The notes: generated from the letters alone by a model not told the origin. A stretch of DNA of 64,000 nt from Candidatus Nanopelagicus sp. (GCA_964203335.1 CAXNKX010000002.1:113207-177206), one strand, 5' to 3'. Shown: positions 1 to 13,465, counted from the stretch's first letter. Program-made: numbers and translations.

Positions 1-552
1 ATTTTGTGTAGTGACAGTGTCAATACCCATACGACCCATCATGCGCTTTCCTTTAAATACACGTCCAGGTGTAGTTCTGTTACCAATTGAACCTGACATA
101 CGATGCTTCTTATCAACACCGTGGGATGCACCAATTCCAGAGAAACCATGGCGCTTCATAACACCAGCAGTTCCTTTTCCTTTTGATGTACCACTGGCAT
201 CAACAATCTCACCGGATGCGAATACATCTGCCTTTAATTCTTGACCAACTGAATATCCTTCAGTACTTGAGATGCGAAGTTCAGCAACTTCAAGACGTGG
301 TGTTACTCCTGCTTTTGCAAACTGACCAGCTTGTGGCTTAGAAACTTTACGTGGCTCAATCGCACCAAATGCTAATTGCACAGCGGTGTAACCATCTTTT
401 TCAATTGTACGAATTTGAGTGACCACACAAGGACCAGCCTGAATAACAGTTACTGGAACAATTTTATTTTGGGAGTCAAAGACCTGTGTCATACCCAGCT
501 TCTTACCCAAGATGCCCTTGATGGCAGAAGACTTTGATTGCGTAGTTGTCAT
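1..552 (-). CDS. rplC: 50S ribosomal protein L3 (partial, runs off window start)
   Basis: Manual translation from ATG at 552: [26 protein letters not shown]...; lies directly after rpsJ. Not in the ORF track because it is truncated. Confidence 0.96.
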   Translation of the reverse strand, partial: MTTTQSKSSAIKGILGKKLGMTQVFDSQNKIVPVTVIQAGPCVVTQIRTIEKDGYTAVQLAFGAIEPRKVSKPQAGQFAKAGVTPRLEVAELRISSTEGYSVGQELKADVFASGEIVDASGTSKGKGTAGVMKRHGFSGIGASHGVDKKHRMSGSIGNRTTPGRVFKGKRMMGRMGIDTVTTQN

Positions 553-563
553 TTGATTTTCCC

Positions 564-872
564 TTAGAGCTTGATCTCAATGTCAACGCCAGCTGGCAAA
601 TCAAGACGCATCAATGAATCAACAGTTTTAGGTGTTGGATCGATGATGTCGATTAGGCGCTTATGGGTGCGCATCTCAAAGTGCTCGCGGCTATCTTTAT
701 ATTTATGTGGAGAGCGAATAACACAGTAAGTGTTTTTCTCAGTAGGCAGCGGAACTGGGCCTGCGACGGTTGCACCAGTGCGCTCAACAGTTTCAACGAT
801 TTTCTTCGCTGAAGTGTCAATCACCTCATGGTCATACGCCTTAAGCCTAATGCGGATCTTTTGTCCGGCCAT
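564..872 (-). CDS. rpsJ: 30S ribosomal protein S10
   Basis: [16 protein letters not shown]...GPVPLPT...HKRLIDI signature. Confidence 0.99.
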   Translation of the reverse strand: MAGQKIRIRLKAYDHEVIDTSAKKIVETVERTGATVAGPVPLPTEKNTYCVIRSPHKYKDSREHFEMRTHKRLIDIIDPTPKTVDSLMRLDLPAGVDIEIKL

Positions 873-906
873 TTTGCTTCTCCTTTTTTCTAGTTAAAAC
901 TTTTAG

Positions 907-943
907 TTATTTCTGGGCCACTTATTCAGCAGCCCAGAAATAA
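907..943 (-). terminator. Hairpin between tuf and rpsJ (terminator/attenuator or processing stem)
   Basis: Perfect 12-bp inverted repeat TTATTTCTGGGC / GCCCAGAAATAA; weak U-tail on the minus strand. Confidence 0.6.
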
Positions 944-951
944 TTCTTTTT

Positions 952-2145
952 TTACTTAACGATCTTTGTTACGCGACCTGCACCAACGGTGCGGCCACCT
1001 TCACGGATCGCAAAGCGAAGTCCCTCTTCCATAGCAACTGGCTGAATAAGAGCTACGGTCATAGCGGTGTTATCGCCAGGCATAACCATTTCAGTACCAG
1101 ATGGAAGTGTTACCACACCAGTTACATCCGTTGTACGGAAGTAGAACTGAGGACGGTAGTTGTTAAAGAATGGTGTGTGACGACCACCCTCATCCTTTGA
1201 AAGGATGTATGCAGAGGCTTCGAAATCTGTGTGAGGTGTAATAGTGCCAGGCTTACAAACAACCTGACCACGCTCAACATCTTCACGCTTAGTTCCACGA
1301 AGAAGAAGACCAACGTTTTCGCCAGCCTGACCCTCATCAAGTAACTTACGGAACATTTCAACGCCAGTAACAATTGTCTTTTGTGCATCTAAACGGATAC
1401 CAACGATTTCAACCTCTTCGTTGACCTTAACAATTCCGCGCTCGATACGACCAGTAACAACAGTTCCGCGACCAGTAATAGTAAATACATCTTCTACTGG
1501 CATTAGGAATGGCTTTTCAATCTCACGTACTGGCTGAGGAATGAAGCTATCAACTTGATTCATCAACTCAAGTAGTGCATCTACCCACTTCTGATCACCC
1601 TCAAGTGCCTTAAGCGCTGAGATGCGAACGATTGGAGTTGTATCTCCTGGGAACTCATACTTGTTTAGAAGTTCACGAACTTCCATTTCAACAAGCTCAA
1701 GAATTTCAGCATCATCAACCATGTCAGTTTTGTTTAATGCAACAATGATTGAAGGAACGCCAACCTGACGAGCAAGTAGTACGTGCTCCTTAGTTTGTGG
1801 CATTGGTCCATCAGTTGCTGCTACTACCAAAATTGCGCCATCCATTTGCGCTGCACCAGTGATCATGTTCTTGATGTAGTCAGCGTGTCCTGGACAGTCA
1901 ACGTGTGCGTAGTGACGCTTCTCTGTCTGGTATTCAATGTGTGCGATAGAAATAGTAATACCGCGTTGACGCTCTTCTGGCGCCTTATCAATTTGATCAA
2001 AATTCATCAGCGGATTTACATCCGGGAACTTGTCATGAAGCACCTTGGAAATTGCCGCAGTAAGAGTTGTCTTACCGTGGTCAATGTGACCGATGGTGCC
2101 GATGTTTACGTGCGGTTTATTCCGCTCGAACTTCGCCTTTGTCAC
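952..2145 (-). CDS. tuf: Elongation factor Tu
   Basis: [26 protein letters not shown] motifs; GTG start after AGGAGG. Confidence 0.99.
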   Translation of the reverse strand: MTKAKFERNKPHVNIGTIGHIDHGKTTLTAAISKVLHDKFPDVNPLMNFDQIDKAPEERQRGITISIAHIEYQTEKRHYAHVDCPGHADYIKNMITGAAQMDGAILVVAATDGPMPQTKEHVLLARQVGVPSIIVALNKTDMVDDAEILELVEMEVRELLNKYEFPGDTTPIVRISALKALEGDQKWVDALLELMNQVDSFIPQPVREIEKPFLMPVEDVFTITGRGTVVTGRIERGIVKVNEEVEIVGIRLDAQKTIVTGVEMFRKLLDEGQAGENVGLLLRGTKREDVERGQVVCKPGTITPHTDFEASAYILSKDEGGRHTPFFNNYRPQFYFRTTDVTGVVTLPSGTEMVMPGDNTAMTVALIQPVAMEEGLRFAIREGGRTVGAGRVTKIVK

Positions 2146-2206
2146 TTTTTCCTCCTGTTTTAGCTGTTAGTAGTTATTTCGGATTTTCGCTCTGGTCGTT
2201 GCGGTT

Positions 2207-4309
2207 TTACTCGCCGCGAACCTTTGCAATGATTTCTTTCGATACCGCTTGTGGAACTTCGGCATACGAATCAAATTGCATGCTGTAGCTCGCGCGACCT
2301 TGTGTCCTGCTGCGAAGATCTCCGACATAGCCGAACATCTCTGACAGTGGCACTGTTGCCTTAACGATTCGGGCACCTGACCGCTCATCCATGGCCAAGA
2401 TCTGACCACGACGACTATTTATGTCACCGATTACATCACCCATGAAATCTTCAGGAGTAATTACTTCAACTGACATAACTGGTTCCAGCAGTACAGGACC
2501 AGCAAGTCTTGCTGCTTCCTTAAATGCTGCGATTCCAGCAATCTTGAAGGCAAGCTCTGATGAGTCAACATCATGGTAAGCGCCATCAAGAAGAGTTACT
2601 TTCACATCAACTAATGGATAACCAGCAAGTGGTCCACTAGCGAGTGCTTCCTGGCAACCATCATCAACAGATGGGATGTACTCCTTAGGAATACGTCCGC
2701 CAGTAATTTTATTTACGAATTCATATGATTGCTCAGAACCAGCTGGTAGAGGCTCTAATGCGATTTGAATCTTTGCAAACTGTCCAGAACCACCAGATTG
2801 CTTCTTGTGTGTGTAGTCATAACGAGCAACTGTTTTGCGAAGTGTCTCTCGGTATGCCACCTGAGGCTTACCAACATTTGCTTCAACTTTAAATTCACGC
2901 TTCATACGATCTACTAAAATTTCTAAGTGAAGCTCACCCATTCCAGAAATAATTGTCTGGCCGGTTTCCTCATCTGATTTCACATGGAAAGTTGGGTCTT
3001 CCTCTGCTAATGATTGGATTGCAATTCCAAGTTTTTCTTGATCAGCCTTTGTCTTTGGCTCAATTGCTACTGAAATAACTGGGGCTGGGAAATCCATTGA
3101 TTCTAAAATTACTGGCTTATCAACATCACATAATGTTTCACCAGTTGTTGTGTCCTTAAGACCCATTACCGCGATAATCATTCCGGCTCCGGCTGATTCC
3201 ATCTCTTCACGCTTATTAGCGTGCATCTGGTAAATCTTTCCGATTCTTTCTTTTCTATCTTTAGTTGAATTAAGTACTGCAGTTCCAGCCGTTAATGAGC
3301 CAGAGTAAATCCGAACGAAGGTTAATTTACCTAGATGGGGATCTCGCATAATTTTAAAAGCAAGTGCTGAAAATGGTTCATCATTATTTGGTTGGCGCTC
3401 AATTGATACTGACGCATCACCTTGTTTGTGTCCAACAATTGCTTTGATATCTAATGGGCTTGGTAGGTAACGATTTACCGCATCAAGCATTGGCTGCACG
3501 CCCTTGTTTTTAAATGCAGATCCGGTTAATACTGGAGTTGCCTTATCAGCAAGAGTTGCCCTGCGAATTCCTGCAATAATTTCATCCTCAGTTAGTTCAA
3601 CACCCTCTAAGTACTTCTCCATAATGGTGTCATCACAGTCAGCTAATGTCTCTAGTAATTCATGACGAGCTTGTTTTGCTTTCTCAGCTAAGTTAGCTGG
3701 GATCTCCTCTATTAAATAATCTTCACCTTTTTTAGTCTCACCTGGCCATACCAATGCTTTCATCGCAATTAAATCAACAACTCCAAGGAAGTCACCTTCT
3801 ACGCCAATTGGAATTTGTAGTATTAATGGTGTGGCATTAAGACGAGACTTAATCATGTCTACACAGCGATCAAATGAAGCGCCGGTGCGATCTAGCTTAT
3901 TAACAAAACAAATACGTGGAACGTTGTAACGATCTGCCTGGCGCCATACTGTTTCAGATTGTGGCTCAACACCGGCAACACCATCAAATACTGCTACTGC
4001 GCCATCTAGTACGCGAAGTGATCGTTCAACTTCAACGGTGAAATCTACGTGTCCTGGTGTATCAATGATGTTGATCATGTGATCTTTCCAGTGACATGTT
4101 GTTGCTGCAGATGTAATTGTGATTCCGCGCTCTTGCTCTTGCTCCATCCAGTCCATAGTGGCTGCGCCCTCATGAACCTCACCAATTTTGTAGTTAATAC
4201 CGGTATAGAAAAGAATTCGCTCAGTTGTTGTGGTTTTACCCGCGTCAATGTGAGCCATGATTCCAATGTTGCGGACCTTGGCTAGATCGATTGCGGTTGC
4301 AATACTCAC
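2207..4309 (-). CDS. fusA: Elongation factor G
   Basis: [29 protein letters not shown]; str operon position. Confidence 0.99.
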   Translation of the reverse strand: MSIATAIDLAKVRNIGIMAHIDAGKTTTTERILFYTGINYKIGEVHEGAATMDWMEQEQERGITITSAATTCHWKDHMINIIDTPGHVDFTVEVERSLRVLDGAVAVFDGVAGVEPQSETVWRQADRYNVPRICFVNKLDRTGASFDRCVDMIKSRLNATPLILQIPIGVEGDFLGVVDLIAMKALVWPGETKKGEDYLIEEIPANLAEKAKQARHELLETLADCDDTIMEKYLEGVELTEDEIIAGIRRATLADKATPVLTGSAFKNKGVQPMLDAVNRYLPSPLDIKAIVGHKQGDASVSIERQPNNDEPFSALAFKIMRDPHLGKLTFVRIYSGSLTAGTAVLNSTKDRKERIGKIYQMHANKREEMESAGAGMIIAVMGLKDTTTGETLCDVDKPVILESMDFPAPVISVAIEPKTKADQEKLGIAIQSLAEEDPTFHVKSDEETGQTIISGMGELHLEILVDRMKREFKVEANVGKPQVAYRETLRKTVARYDYTHKKQSGGSGQFAKIQIALEPLPAGSEQSYEFVNKITGGRIPKEYIPSVDDGCQEALASGPLAGYPLVDVKVTLLDGAYHDVDSSELAFKIAGIAAFKEAARLAGPVLLEPVMSVEVITPEDFMGDVIGDINSRRGQILAMDERSGARIVKATVPLSEMFGYVGDLRSRTQGRASYSMQFDSYAEVPQAVSKEIIAKVRGE

Positions 4310-4336
4310 GTTTTCTCTTCTCCTGTTATCTCTTAA

Positions 4337-4807
4337 TTACCAGCGATAGTGAGCAAACGCCTTGTTTGCTTCAGCCATCTTGTGTGTGTCTTCGCGCTTT
4401 TTAACTGCTGCGCCTAATCCATTACTAGCATCAATTAATTCATTTCCTAAACGCTCTGCCATTGATTTCTCACGGCGCTCTCTTGAATTATCTACAATCC
4501 AACGAAGTCCGAGTGCAGTAGCACGAGCTGGCTTTACTTCAACTGGTACTTGATATGTTGCCCCACCAACTCGGCGAGAGCGAACCTCAACCGTTGGCTT
4601 TACGTTATCTAGTGCACGCTTTAATGTAATTACTGGATCAGTATTTGTTTTAGTACGGCAATTCTCAAGTGCGCCATAAACAATTGCTTCTGCAGTTGAT
4701 CTTTTGCCATGCATTAAAATCTTATTAATTAAAGATGTAACCACAGGGGATGCATAAACCGGATCAGCTATTACCGGTGCTTTTGGAACCGAACCTTTAC
4801 GTGGCAT
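4337..4807 (-). CDS. rpsG: 30S ribosomal protein S7
   Basis: MPRKG...[11 protein letters not shown]...[13 protein letters not shown]. Confidence 0.99.
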   Translation of the reverse strand: MPRKGSVPKAPVIADPVYASPVVTSLINKILMHGKRSTAEAIVYGALENCRTKTNTDPVITLKRALDNVKPTVEVRSRRVGGATYQVPVEVKPARATALGLRWIVDNSRERREKSMAERLGNELIDASNGLGAAVKKREDTHKMAEANKAFAHYRW

Positions 4808-5181
4808 TACTTCTTCTCCCTCTTTGCGCCATAGCGAGAACGTGATTGCTTACGATCTTTAACACCTTGGGTATCGAGAGAGCCGCGAACAATTTTGTAA
4901 CGCACACCAGGTAGATCTTTAACACGACCGCCGCGAACTAAAACAATTGAGTGCTCTTGTAAGTTATGACCTTCACCAGGAATATATGCAGTTACTTCCA
5001 TGCCACTTGTTAGACGTACACGTGCAACTTTACGAAGCGCTGAGTTTGGCTTCTTTGGTGTAGTTGTGTAAACACGTGTGCAAACACCACGACGTTGCGG
5101 GCTACCTTTTAATGCAGGCGTGCTCGTCTTATCTGTCTTCTCGGCGCGGCCCTTACGGACCAGCTGCTGAATAGTTGGCAC
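4807..5181 (-). CDS. rpsL: 30S ribosomal protein S12
   Basis: [11 protein letters not shown]...[11 protein letters not shown]...[10 protein letters not shown]; start placed at GTG 5181 after AGGAG rather than 5199. Confidence 0.98.
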   Translation of the reverse strand: MPTIQQLVRKGRAEKTDKTSTPALKGSPQRRGVCTRVYTTTPKKPNSALRKVARVRLTSGMEVTAYIPGEGHNLQEHSIVLVRGGRVKDLPGVRYKIVRGSLDTQGVKDRKQSRSRYGAKREKK

Positions 5182-5254
5182 TACATATCTCCTAAACATT
5201 TAAGTTTAAATAATTTTTTTAAAATTATTTATCCTGTTTTCCTACATAATTCGC

Positions 5255-5361
5255 TGCACTCTCCGACCCACGAGGTCGGGCGTGTTGCCCGTTCCTTGCA
5301 GATAACATGCAAATAAATTTGCATATTGATGCAGCTCTTATGAAGAAAAGAGCAGGACGGG
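5255..5361 (-). ncRNA. Structured 5' leader of the rpsL (str) operon
   Basis: Minus-strand pairings by eye: CCCGTCCT/AGGAACGGG encloses GCTCTT/AAGAGC and AATATGCAAAT/ATTTGCATGTT, followed by a CCGACC/GGTCGG hairpin. Confidence 0.55.
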
Positions 5362-5362
5362 A

Positions 5363-5392
5363 AGGGTAGCCCAGTCATATCGCTCTGGTCAA
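5363..5392 (-). promoter_or_regulatory. Sigma-A-type promoter of the str operon
   Basis: TTGACC-N18-TACCCT on the minus strand. Confidence 0.7.
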
Positions 5393-5475
5393 AACGGTGC
5401 TTTTACTCCTTCAACCAGCAATCTCACCCCACGACACGCCGAATTACCCAGCACTATCACGCCTATGGTTAATAG

Positions 5476-6111
5476 ATGGAAAAGCCAAAATTACGCGGAA
5501 TCGTGCATTTGGTTATGTCCCCACTTAGCTTGGTGGCTGGGCTAATACTTATTACTTTGGCAAATGAACTTCGAGGGCGAATTACCCTCGGCATATTCAC
5601 GCTAACTGCAGTTACTTTATTTACCTGCAGCGCTTTATATCACCGGGTGGCCTGGAATGATAAAAATAAAGCAATCTGGCGAAGGATTGATCACTCAAAT
5701 ATTTCAATTTTAATTGCCGGTACCTATACCCCTTTTGCAGTTTATTTATTACAGCCAAGTCAAACTAAAACATTGTTAATTGTTGCTTGGGGTGGAGCAA
5801 TTCTTATTTCACTGCTTAGAATTTTTTGGCTATCAGCTCCTCGTTGGTTATATGTTGCCGGATATATTTCATTAGGTTGGGCAGCAGTCTTTTATATGCC
5901 TACGTTTTTAAACTCCGGTGGGGTTGCAATATTTATTTTGATTCTAACTGGTGGGCTTTTATACTCTGCTGGTGGTGTTATCTATGCCCTTAAAAAACCA
6001 AATTTTTCAATTAGCTGGTTTGGCTTTCATGAATTATTTCACGCCCTGACGGCTGCGGCATTTATTTGCCACTTTATTGCAGCAATACTGACAGTATTTT
6101 CTAATAGATAA
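5476..6111 (+). CDS. Hemolysin III / PAQR family membrane protein
   Basis: KPKLRG..H, SALYH, RRIDHSNISILIAGTYTP, GFHELFH motifs; about 7 hydrophobic segments. Confidence 0.92.
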   Translation: MEKPKLRGIVHLVMSPLSLVAGLILITLANELRGRITLGIFTLTAVTLFTCSALYHRVAWNDKNKAIWRRIDHSNISILIAGTYTPFAVYLLQPSQTKTLLIVAWGGAILISLLRIFWLSAPRWLYVAGYISLGWAAVFYMPTFLNSGGVAIFILILTGGLLYSAGGVIYALKKPNFSISWFGFHELFHALTAAAFICHFIAAILTVFSNR

Positions 6112-6123
6112 TTGCTAATCAAG

Positions 6124-6161
6124 AAAAGTGGCCGGCGCAATAATCTAGCGCCGGCCATTTT
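6124..6161. terminator. Bidirectional intrinsic terminator between convergent hemolysin III gene and rpoC
   Basis: AAAAGTGGCCGGCGC-loop-GCGCCGGCCATTTT: GC stem flanked by A and T tracts. Confidence 0.85.
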
Positions 6162-6174
6162 GAATTACTTTTAT

Positions 6175-9100
6175 TTAGCGAACTTCGAACTCATCCAAAC
6201 GAACCGCTTCACCTGAACCTTGTGATTCAAATGGTGTGAACTCATATTGATCATAAGCAGCATAGACAGCAGCCTTTGCTTCCTCAGTTGGCTCAACTCG
6301 AATATTGCGGTATCTAGCAAGTCCAGTTCCAGCTGGAATTAACTTACCGATAATTACGTTTTCCTTCAGTCCAAGTAGTGGATCACTCTTTTCAGACAAT
6401 GCCGCATCAGTTAACACACGAGTTGTCTCTTGGAATGATGCTGCTGATAACCATGATTCAGTAGCGAGAGAAGCCTTGGTAATACCCATTAACTCAGGTC
6501 GACCAGATGCAGCTTTACCACCAGTTGAAACAACACGACGGTTCTCTTCTTCAAAGCGACCGCGCTCAACTAACTCACCTGGTAATAGATCAGCATCACC
6601 TGGCTCTAGCACAGTAATTCGCTTTAACATTTGGCGAACAATAATTTCAATGTGCTTATCGTGGATAGAAACACCCTGCATACGATAAACCTCTTGAATT
6701 TCACTTACTAAGTGAATCTGAGTTTGACGTGGTCCTAAGATACGAAGAACTTGCTTAGGATCAATTGCGCCAACAACTAATTGCTGACCAACGCTTACAC
6801 GCGATCCATCTTCAACTAGAAGTTTTTGGCGACGAGTAATTGGATAAGCAACTGCTTCACCACCATCTTCTGGGGTAACAACAATCTTCTTACCTTTAGC
6901 ATCCTCTAGGAATGAAACAGTTCCAGCAGCTTCTGCAATTGGTGCTACACCCTTTGGAGTTCTTGCTTCAAATAATTCTTGAACGCGAGGTAGACCATGG
7001 GTAATTTGAGTCTCGCCAAGTAATTGAGCACCACCAGTATGGAAGGTACGCATTGTTAGCTGTGTTCCTGGCTCACCAATTGATTGAGCAGCAATAATTC
7101 CAACAGCTTCACCGACATCAACAATCTTGCCAGCGGCCATTGAGCGGCCGTAACACATTGCGCATTGTCCAACCTTGCTATCGCAAGTTAGAACTGAGCG
7201 AACCTTAACTTCTTCAATCCCAGCTGCAACTAATGTATCAATGTTGCGATCACCTAGATCAGTTCCAGCAGTAAGTAATACCTTGCCGGAGGCTGATACA
7301 TCTTCAGCTAAGTTACGGCCGAATAATGATGTCTCAACATGATCATCACGAACTAATGTGCCTGTTGAATCTTTTGCTGCCATCTTCAGAGTAAGGCCGC
7401 GATCAGTTCCGCAATCTTCCTCGCGAATAATTACATCTTGAGCAACATCGCAAAGACGACGAGTTAGGTAACCAGAATCTGCTGTACGAAGTGCGGTATC
7501 GGCCAAACCTTTACGAGCACCATGTGTTGAAATGAAGTACTCAAGAACGGAGAGACCTTCACGGAAGTTTGATTTAATCGGACGAGGAATAATTTCACCC
7601 TTTGGGTTAGCTACAAGTCCGCGCATACCTGCAATTTGGCGAATCTGCATCATATTTCCACGAGCACCTGAATAAACCATCATCCAAACTGGGTTGGTGC
7701 GAGGGAAGTTATCTTCCATCTCCTTAGCAACCTCATTGGTAGCAAGTGTCCAAATTTCAATTAACTCTTGGCGTCGCTCATCATCAGTAATTAATCCTTT
7801 TTCATACTGTGATTGAACCTTATCTGCCTTAGTTTCATAACCTTCCAAGATCTCTCGCTTACGTCCTGGTGTTACAACATCGTTAATTGAGATAGTCACA
7901 CCAGCGCGAGTAGCCCAGTAGAAACCAAGTGACTTAAGTGCATCTAGGGTTTGCGCAACTGTTACTTTGGCATAACCTTCAGCCAAGTTATCAACAATTA
8001 AACCAAGAAGCTTCTTAGTAACATCGTAATCAACAAATGGAAAATCAGCTGGTAGTACTTCATTAAATAAAGCACGACCTAATGTGGTCTCGCGAGTTTC
8101 AGCAACGCCGCTCTTATCAATACGAAGTTTAATTTTTGCTTGTAGTGAAAGGCTGCCTTGATCAAATGCCATGACCGCTTCAGCAATTGATGAAAATGCT
8201 CTGCCCTCTCCTAATTCTTTCTCACGTAGTGAGGTTAGGAAGTAAAGACCAAGCACCATGTCCTGTGTAGGAGATGTAATTGGTCGACCAGAAGCTGGCG
8301 ATAAAATATTATTACTTGAAAGCATTAATACTCGAGCTTCAGCTTGTGCTTCAGCTGATAGTGGTAAGTGAACAGCCATCTGATCACCATCAAAGTCTGC
8401 GTTAAATGCAGTACAAACTAATGGGTGAATTTGAATAGCCTTACCTTCAACTAATTGTGGCTCAAATGCTTGAATACCAAGACGGTGCAGAGTTGGTGCA
8501 CGGTTTAGTAGCACTGGATGCTCAGCAATTACCTCTTCTAATACATCCCAAACTACTGGACGAGCACGCTCAACCATTCTCTTTGCAGATTTAATGTTTT
8601 GAGCATGATTTAAATCAACTAAGCGCTTCATAACAAATGGTTTAAACAATTCAAGTGCCATTTGTTTTGGCAAGCCGCACTGATGCAATTTAAGTTGTGG
8701 TCCAACTACGATTACTGAACGACCTGAGTAATCAACACGCTTTCCAAGTAAGTTTTGACGGAATCGTCCTTGCTTACCCTTAAGCATGTCAGAAAGTGAT
8801 TTAAGTGGACGATTTCCTGGTCCAGTTACTGGACGTCCGCGACGACCATTATCAAATAGTGAATCTACCGCTTCTTGTAACATACGCTTTTCGTTGTTAA
8901 CAATAATCTCAGGAGCACCAAGATCAGCCAGGCGCTTTAGGCGATTATTACGGTTAATTACACGACGATATAAATCATTTAGATCGCTGGTAGCAAAACG
9001 GCCACCATCTAGTTGAACCATTGGGCGAAGATCTGGTGGAATAACTGGCACGCAATCTAGAACCATTGATGCTGGTTTATTACGAGTATTAAGGAATGAG

Positions 9101-9999
9101 TTAACAACCTTTAATCTCTTGATTGCACGAGTCTTCTTTTGACCCTTACCGGTTTGTGATAACTCATTTAACTTATCAAACTCAGCTTTTAGATCAAAGG
9201 TTTCAAGACGAGATTGAATTGCCTGCGCACCCATTGATCCTTTGAAATACACGCCATAACGATCGCGAAGTTCACGGTATAGCAACTCATCGCCTTCAAG
9301 ATCTTGTACTTTAAGATTTTTGAAACGATTCCATACTGCATCAAGACGATCTAACTCTTTTTGAGAGCGATCACGAATTGTCTTTAACTCTCGCTCACCA
9401 GACTCGCGTACTTTACGACGAGCATCTGCTTTAGCACCCTCATCTTCAAGATCAGATAGATCAGATTCCATCTTCTTGGTGCGAGTATCTAATTCAAGAT
9501 CACGACGTGACTCAATCTTCTTAACATCAGATGAGTACTTCTTCTCCAGTGTTGGCATATCTTCAGCGCGAGCTTCAGTATCAACCTCTGTGATCATGTA
9601 AGCAGCAAAATAAATGACCTTTTCTAAATCTTTTGGAGCAAGATCTAGTAAGTATCCAAGACGGCTTGGCACACCTTTGAAGTACCAGATATGAGTTACT
9701 GGCGCTGCAAGTTCAATATGTCCCATTCGCTCACGACGAACTTTGGCGCGAGTTACTTCAACTCCGCATCTTTCGCAGATAATTCCTTTAAATCGTACGC
9801 GCTTGTACTTACCGCAATAACATTCCCAGTCACGAGTTGGTCCAAAGATCTTCTCATCAAATAATCCATCTTTTTCTGGCTTTAGTGTTCGGTAGTTAAT
9901 TGTCTCTGGCTTTTTAACCTCACCAAATGACCACTCACGAATATTGTCGGTTGAGGCAAGACCAATTCTTAACTCATCAAAAAAGTTAACGTCTAACAT
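6175..9999 (-). CDS. rpoC: RNA polymerase beta' subunit
   Basis: [12 protein letters not shown] catalytic motif, CYCGKYK zinc finger, actinobacterial N-terminus [15 protein letters not shown]. Confidence 0.99.
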   Translation of the reverse strand: MLDVNFFDELRIGLASTDNIREWSFGEVKKPETINYRTLKPEKDGLFDEKIFGPTRDWECYCGKYKRVRFKGIICERCGVEVTRAKVRRERMGHIELAAPVTHIWYFKGVPSRLGYLLDLAPKDLEKVIYFAAYMITEVDTEARAEDMPTLEKKYSSDVKKIESRRDLELDTRTKKMESDLSDLEDEGAKADARRKVRESGERELKTIRDRSQKELDRLDAVWNRFKNLKVQDLEGDELLYRELRDRYGVYFKGSMGAQAIQSRLETFDLKAEFDKLNELSQTGKGQKKTRAIKRLKVVNSFLNTRNKPASMVLDCVPVIPPDLRPMVQLDGGRFATSDLNDLYRRVINRNNRLKRLADLGAPEIIVNNEKRMLQEAVDSLFDNGRRGRPVTGPGNRPLKSLSDMLKGKQGRFRQNLLGKRVDYSGRSVIVVGPQLKLHQCGLPKQMALELFKPFVMKRLVDLNHAQNIKSAKRMVERARPVVWDVLEEVIAEHPVLLNRAPTLHRLGIQAFEPQLVEGKAIQIHPLVCTAFNADFDGDQMAVHLPLSAEAQAEARVLMLSSNNILSPASGRPITSPTQDMVLGLYFLTSLREKELGEGRAFSSIAEAVMAFDQGSLSLQAKIKLRIDKSGVAETRETTLGRALFNEVLPADFPFVDYDVTKKLLGLIVDNLAEGYAKVTVAQTLDALKSLGFYWATRAGVTISINDVVTPGRKREILEGYETKADKVQSQYEKGLITDDERRQELIEIWTLATNEVAKEMEDNFPRTNPVWMMVYSGARGNMMQIRQIAGMRGLVANPKGEIIPRPIKSNFREGLSVLEYFISTHGARKGLADTALRTADSGYLTRRLCDVAQDVIIREEDCGTDRGLTLKMAAKDSTGTLVRDDHVETSLFGRNLAEDVSASGKVLLTAGTDLGDRNIDTLVAAGIEEVKVRSVLTCDSKVGQCAMCYGRSMAAGKIVDVGEAVGIIAAQSIGEPGTQLTMRTFHTGGAQLLGETQITHGLPRVQELFEARTPKGVAPIAEAAGTVSFLEDAKGKKIVVTPEDGGEAVAYPITRRQKLLVEDGSRVSVGQQLVVGAIDPKQVLRILGPRQTQIHLVSEIQEVYRMQGVSIHDKHIEIIVRQMLKRITVLEPGDADLLPGELVERGRFEEENRRVVSTGGKAASGRPELMGITKASLATESWLSAASFQETTRVLTDAALSEKSDPLLGLKENVIIGKLIPAGTGLARYRNIRVEPTEEAKAAVYAAYDQYEFTPFESQGSGEAVRLDEFEVR

Positions 10000-10012
10000 G
10001 GTTATCCTCTCC

Positions 10013-13000
10013 TCACACTTCTTCTACAGAGCTTGGTTCAACTCGGGATAAGTTGATACCTAACTCCTCGGCTGTTCTAAATACTTCTTCATCAGTATCG
10101 CGCATTTCAATTGCAACACCCTCTGATGAAAGAACTTCAACATTTAAACAAAGTGATTGCATTTCTTTAACCAAAACCTTAAATGACTCAGGAATTCCTG
10201 GCTCTGGAATATTTTCACCCTTAACAATTGCTTCATAAACCTTAACTCGACCAAGCACATCATCTGATTTAATGGTCAGCAATTCTTGTAGTGTGTAGGC
10301 AGCTCCATATGCTTCAAGTGCCCAAACTTCCATTTCACCAAAGCGCTGTCCACCGAATTGTGCTTTTCCACCCAACGGTTGTTGCGTAATCATTGAGTAA
10401 GGACCGGTTGAACGAGCATGAATCTTGTCATCAACTAAATGGTGCAGCTTTAAGATGTACATATAACCAACAGAAATTTGTTGCTTATATGGTTCACCAG
10501 TTCGGCCATCAAATAATTGTGCTTTACCATCTGGACCAATTAAGCGCATGCCATCTTTATTTGGCAAAGTAGAACCAAGAAGACCAGATAACTCTTCTTC
10601 TTTAGTTCCATCAAATACTGGTGTTGCTACCTTGGTATTAGCTGGTGCTTCGGCGTAACCGTTAGCACGCAGTGATTGTTGCCAATCTTCATTACCTTCT
10701 AATTTCCAACCAGACTTAGCAACCCAACCTAAGTGAGTTTCAAGTACCTGACCAACATTCATGCGTCCTGGTACACCAAGTGGATTTAAAACAATATCTA
10801 CTGGAGTTCCATCTTCTAGGAATGGCATATCTTCAACAGGTAAAATCTTTGAAATAACACCCTTGTTACCGTGACGGCCAGCAAGTTTGTCACCATCTTG
10901 AATTTTACGTTTTTGCGCAACGTAGACTCGAACAACTTGGTTAACACCAGCTGCTAATTCAAATCCCTCTTCAGAATCTTGAATGCTAACGCCAATTACT
11001 TTGCCTGACTCACCATGTGGAACCTTAAGTGAAGTATCTCGAACCTCTCGAGCCTTCTCACCAAAGATTGCGCGAAGTAAGCGCTCTTCCGGTGTTAATT
11101 CAGTTTCACCCTTAGGTGTTACTTTTCCAACCAAAATATCACCTGGAACAACATCTGCTCCAACACGAATGATTCCGCGTTCATCAAGATCTGCTAATAC
11201 TTCCTCAGAAACGTTTGGAATATCACGAGTGATTTCCTCTGCTCCTAGTTTGGTATCGCGAGCATCTACTTCATACTCTTCAATATGAATTGAGGTAAGC
11301 ACATCATCTTGAACAAGGCGCTGTGAAAGAATAATCGCATCTTCATAGTTATGACCTTCCCATGACATAAATGCCACAAGTAGATTCTTACCAAGTGCCA
11401 TTTCACCCATTTCGGTGCTCGCACCATCTGCCACAACTGCGCCAACTTCAATCTTTTCTCCCACGGAAACAACTACCTTTTGATTACGGCTAGTTCCTTG
11501 GTTTGATCTAACAAACTTCTCAACAAAATAAGTTTCAGTTGTACCGTCATCATTTTTAACAGTTACTTCATCAGAGTTAACCTCAGTTACCACACCAGAT
11601 TTGCGAGCAAGTAATACATCACCAGCATCTACTGCAGCACGAAACTCCATGCCAGTTCCAACTAATGGCGCCTCAGCTCTAACAAGTGGCACAGCCTGAC
11701 GCATCATGTTTGCACCCATTAGCGCACGGTTAGCATCATCATGCTCTAAGAATGGAATCATTGCAGTTGCAACTGAAACCATCTGACGAGGTGACACATC
11801 CATGTAATCAACCTCAGATGCTTGAATATTTTCAACCTCACCACCACGACGGCGAACTAATACTCTGGCTTCAGCAAAGAAATTATCATCAGTTAATGGT
11901 GCATTTGCTTGCGCAATAATGTGTTCATCTTCTTCATCAGCAGTTAAGTAATCGATGCGATCAGAAACCTTGCCATCAACAACTTTGCGATAAGGAGTTT
12001 CAATAAAACCAAATGGTGTAACACGTGCATATGTTGCAAGAGATCCAATCAGACCAATGTTTGGGCCTTCTGGTGTTTCAATTGGACACATACGACCGTA
12101 ATGAGATGGGTGAACATCTCGAACCTCAAAGCCAGCACGTTCACGAGAAAGTCCGCCGGGCCCAAGGGCTGATAGACGACGCTTGTGTGTCATACCAGAT
12201 AGTGGATTTGTTTGATCCATAAATTGTGAAAGTTGTGATGTTCCAAAGAACTCTTTAATAGATGCCACTACTGGGCGAATATTTATCAAAGTTTGTGGAG
12301 TAATCGCTTCAACATCTTGAGTAGTCATACGCTCACGAACTACGCGCTCCATTCGAGAAAGACCGGTACGAACCTGGTTTTGAATTAACTCACCAACGGT
12401 ACGAAGACGACGATTACCAAAATGGTCAATATCATCAGTTTCAACACGTACTTCTTTGCCGTACTCCATTAACGCATCACCGCGGTGAAGTGCTACTAAG
12501 TATTTAATTGTTCCAACAATATCTTCGATAGTTAATAGGCCACGGTTTAGGTCAAGCTCTAGTCCTAGCTTCTTATTAACTTTAAAACGGCCAACTTTTG
12601 CTAAGTCATAACGCTTTGGATTGAAGTAAAGGTTTTCAATTAAGTTTTGAGCAGCTTCTTTAGTTGGTGGCTCACCTGGACGAAGTTTGCGATAAATATC
12701 TAACAATGCCTCATCTTGAGTTTCAACATTGTCTTTTTCAAGTGTTAATTTAATTGATTCAAATTCTCCAAATTGCTCAAGAATTTGTGCACTACTCCAG
12801 CCAAGTGCTTTTAAGAAAACTGTAACTGATTGTTTACGCTTGCGATCGATACGAACACCGACCATATCTTTCTTATCTACTTCAAACTCAAGCCAAGCAC
12901 CACGGCTTGGAATAATTTTTGTTGTGTAAACATCTTTATCAGATGTTTTTTCAATTGTGCGTTCAAAGTAAACGCCAGGTGAGCGAACAATCTGTGAAAC

Positions 13001-13465
13001 AACTACGCGCTCAGTTCCGTTAATTACAAATGTTCCACGAGGTGTCATTAATGGGAAGTCGCCCATAAAAACTGTCTGAGATTTAATTTCACCTGTTATG
13101 TTGTTTGTAAACTCTGCAGTTAAGAAAAGTGGAGCAGCGTAAGTAATGTCGCGCTCTTTGCACTCTGCAATTGTGTACTTAGGTGGTTCAAAGCGATGGT
13201 CACGAAATGAGAGTGACATTGATCCTTGGAAATCTTCAATCGGTGAGATCTCTTCAAAAATTTCTTCAAGTCCAGATTGCTTAGGAACTTCACCACGATT
13301 TGATTTCTCAGCGGTGCTTAAGCGAGCGCGCCATGCTTCGTTACCAAGTAACCAATCAATACTTTCTAGTTGTAGTGAAAGTAGATTTGGAACTTCAAGT
13401 GGTTCGCGAATTTTTGCAAATGAAACACGTGCTGGTGCTTGAGATTTAATTTTTGAAGCGGCCAA
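10013..13465 (-). CDS. rpoB: RNA polymerase beta subunit
   Basis: [47 protein letters not shown]; TTG start after GGAGG. Confidence 0.99.
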   Translation of the reverse strand: MAASKIKSQAPARVSFAKIREPLEVPNLLSLQLESIDWLLGNEAWRARLSTAEKSNRGEVPKQSGLEEIFEEISPIEDFQGSMSLSFRDHRFEPPKYTIAECKERDITYAAPLFLTAEFTNNITGEIKSQTVFMGDFPLMTPRGTFVINGTERVVVSQIVRSPGVYFERTIEKTSDKDVYTTKIIPSRGAWLEFEVDKKDMVGVRIDRKRKQSVTVFLKALGWSSAQILEQFGEFESIKLTLEKDNVETQDEALLDIYRKLRPGEPPTKEAAQNLIENLYFNPKRYDLAKVGRFKVNKKLGLELDLNRGLLTIEDIVGTIKYLVALHRGDALMEYGKEVRVETDDIDHFGNRRLRTVGELIQNQVRTGLSRMERVVRERMTTQDVEAITPQTLINIRPVVASIKEFFGTSQLSQFMDQTNPLSGMTHKRRLSALGPGGLSRERAGFEVRDVHPSHYGRMCPIETPEGPNIGLIGSLATYARVTPFGFIETPYRKVVDGKVSDRIDYLTADEEDEHIIAQANAPLTDDNFFAEARVLVRRRGGEVENIQASEVDYMDVSPRQMVSVATAMIPFLEHDDANRALMGANMMRQAVPLVRAEAPLVGTGMEFRAAVDAGDVLLARKSGVVTEVNSDEVTVKNDDGTTETYFVEKFVRSNQGTSRNQKVVVSVGEKIEVGAVVADGASTEMGEMALGKNLLVAFMSWEGHNYEDAIILSQRLVQDDVLTSIHIEEYEVDARDTKLGAEEITRDIPNVSEEVLADLDERGIIRVGADVVPGDILVGKVTPKGETELTPEERLLRAIFGEKAREVRDTSLKVPHGESGKVIGVSIQDSEEGFELAAGVNQVVRVYVAQKRKIQDGDKLAGRHGNKGVISKILPVEDMPFLEDGTPVDIVLNPLGVPGRMNVGQVLETHLGWVAKSGWKLEGNEDWQQSLRANGYAEAPANTKVATPVFDGTKEEELSGLLGSTLPNKDGMRLIGPDGKAQLFDGRTGEPYKQQISVGYMYILKLHHLVDDKIHARSTGPYSMITQQPLGGKAQFGGQRFGEMEVWALEAYGAAYTLQELLTIKSDDVLGRVKVYEAIVKGENIPEPGIPESFKVLVKEMQSLCLNVEVLSSEGVAIEMRDTDEEVFRTAEELGINLSRVEPSSVEEV

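Noticed and set aside
4807-5181. Streptomycin-resistance alleles in rpsL
   Set aside because: TPKKPNS and RVKDLPG lysines are wild type.
5476-6111. 'Hemolysin' as a virulence factor
   Set aside because: HlyIII/PAQR proteins are widespread membrane-homeostasis proteins; the name is not evidence of toxicity.
12150-12250. RpoB rifampicin-resistance region variant ([15 protein letters not shown])
   Set aside because: The key Gln, Asp, His, Ser and Leu residues are wild type; the Met lies at a naturally variable position.
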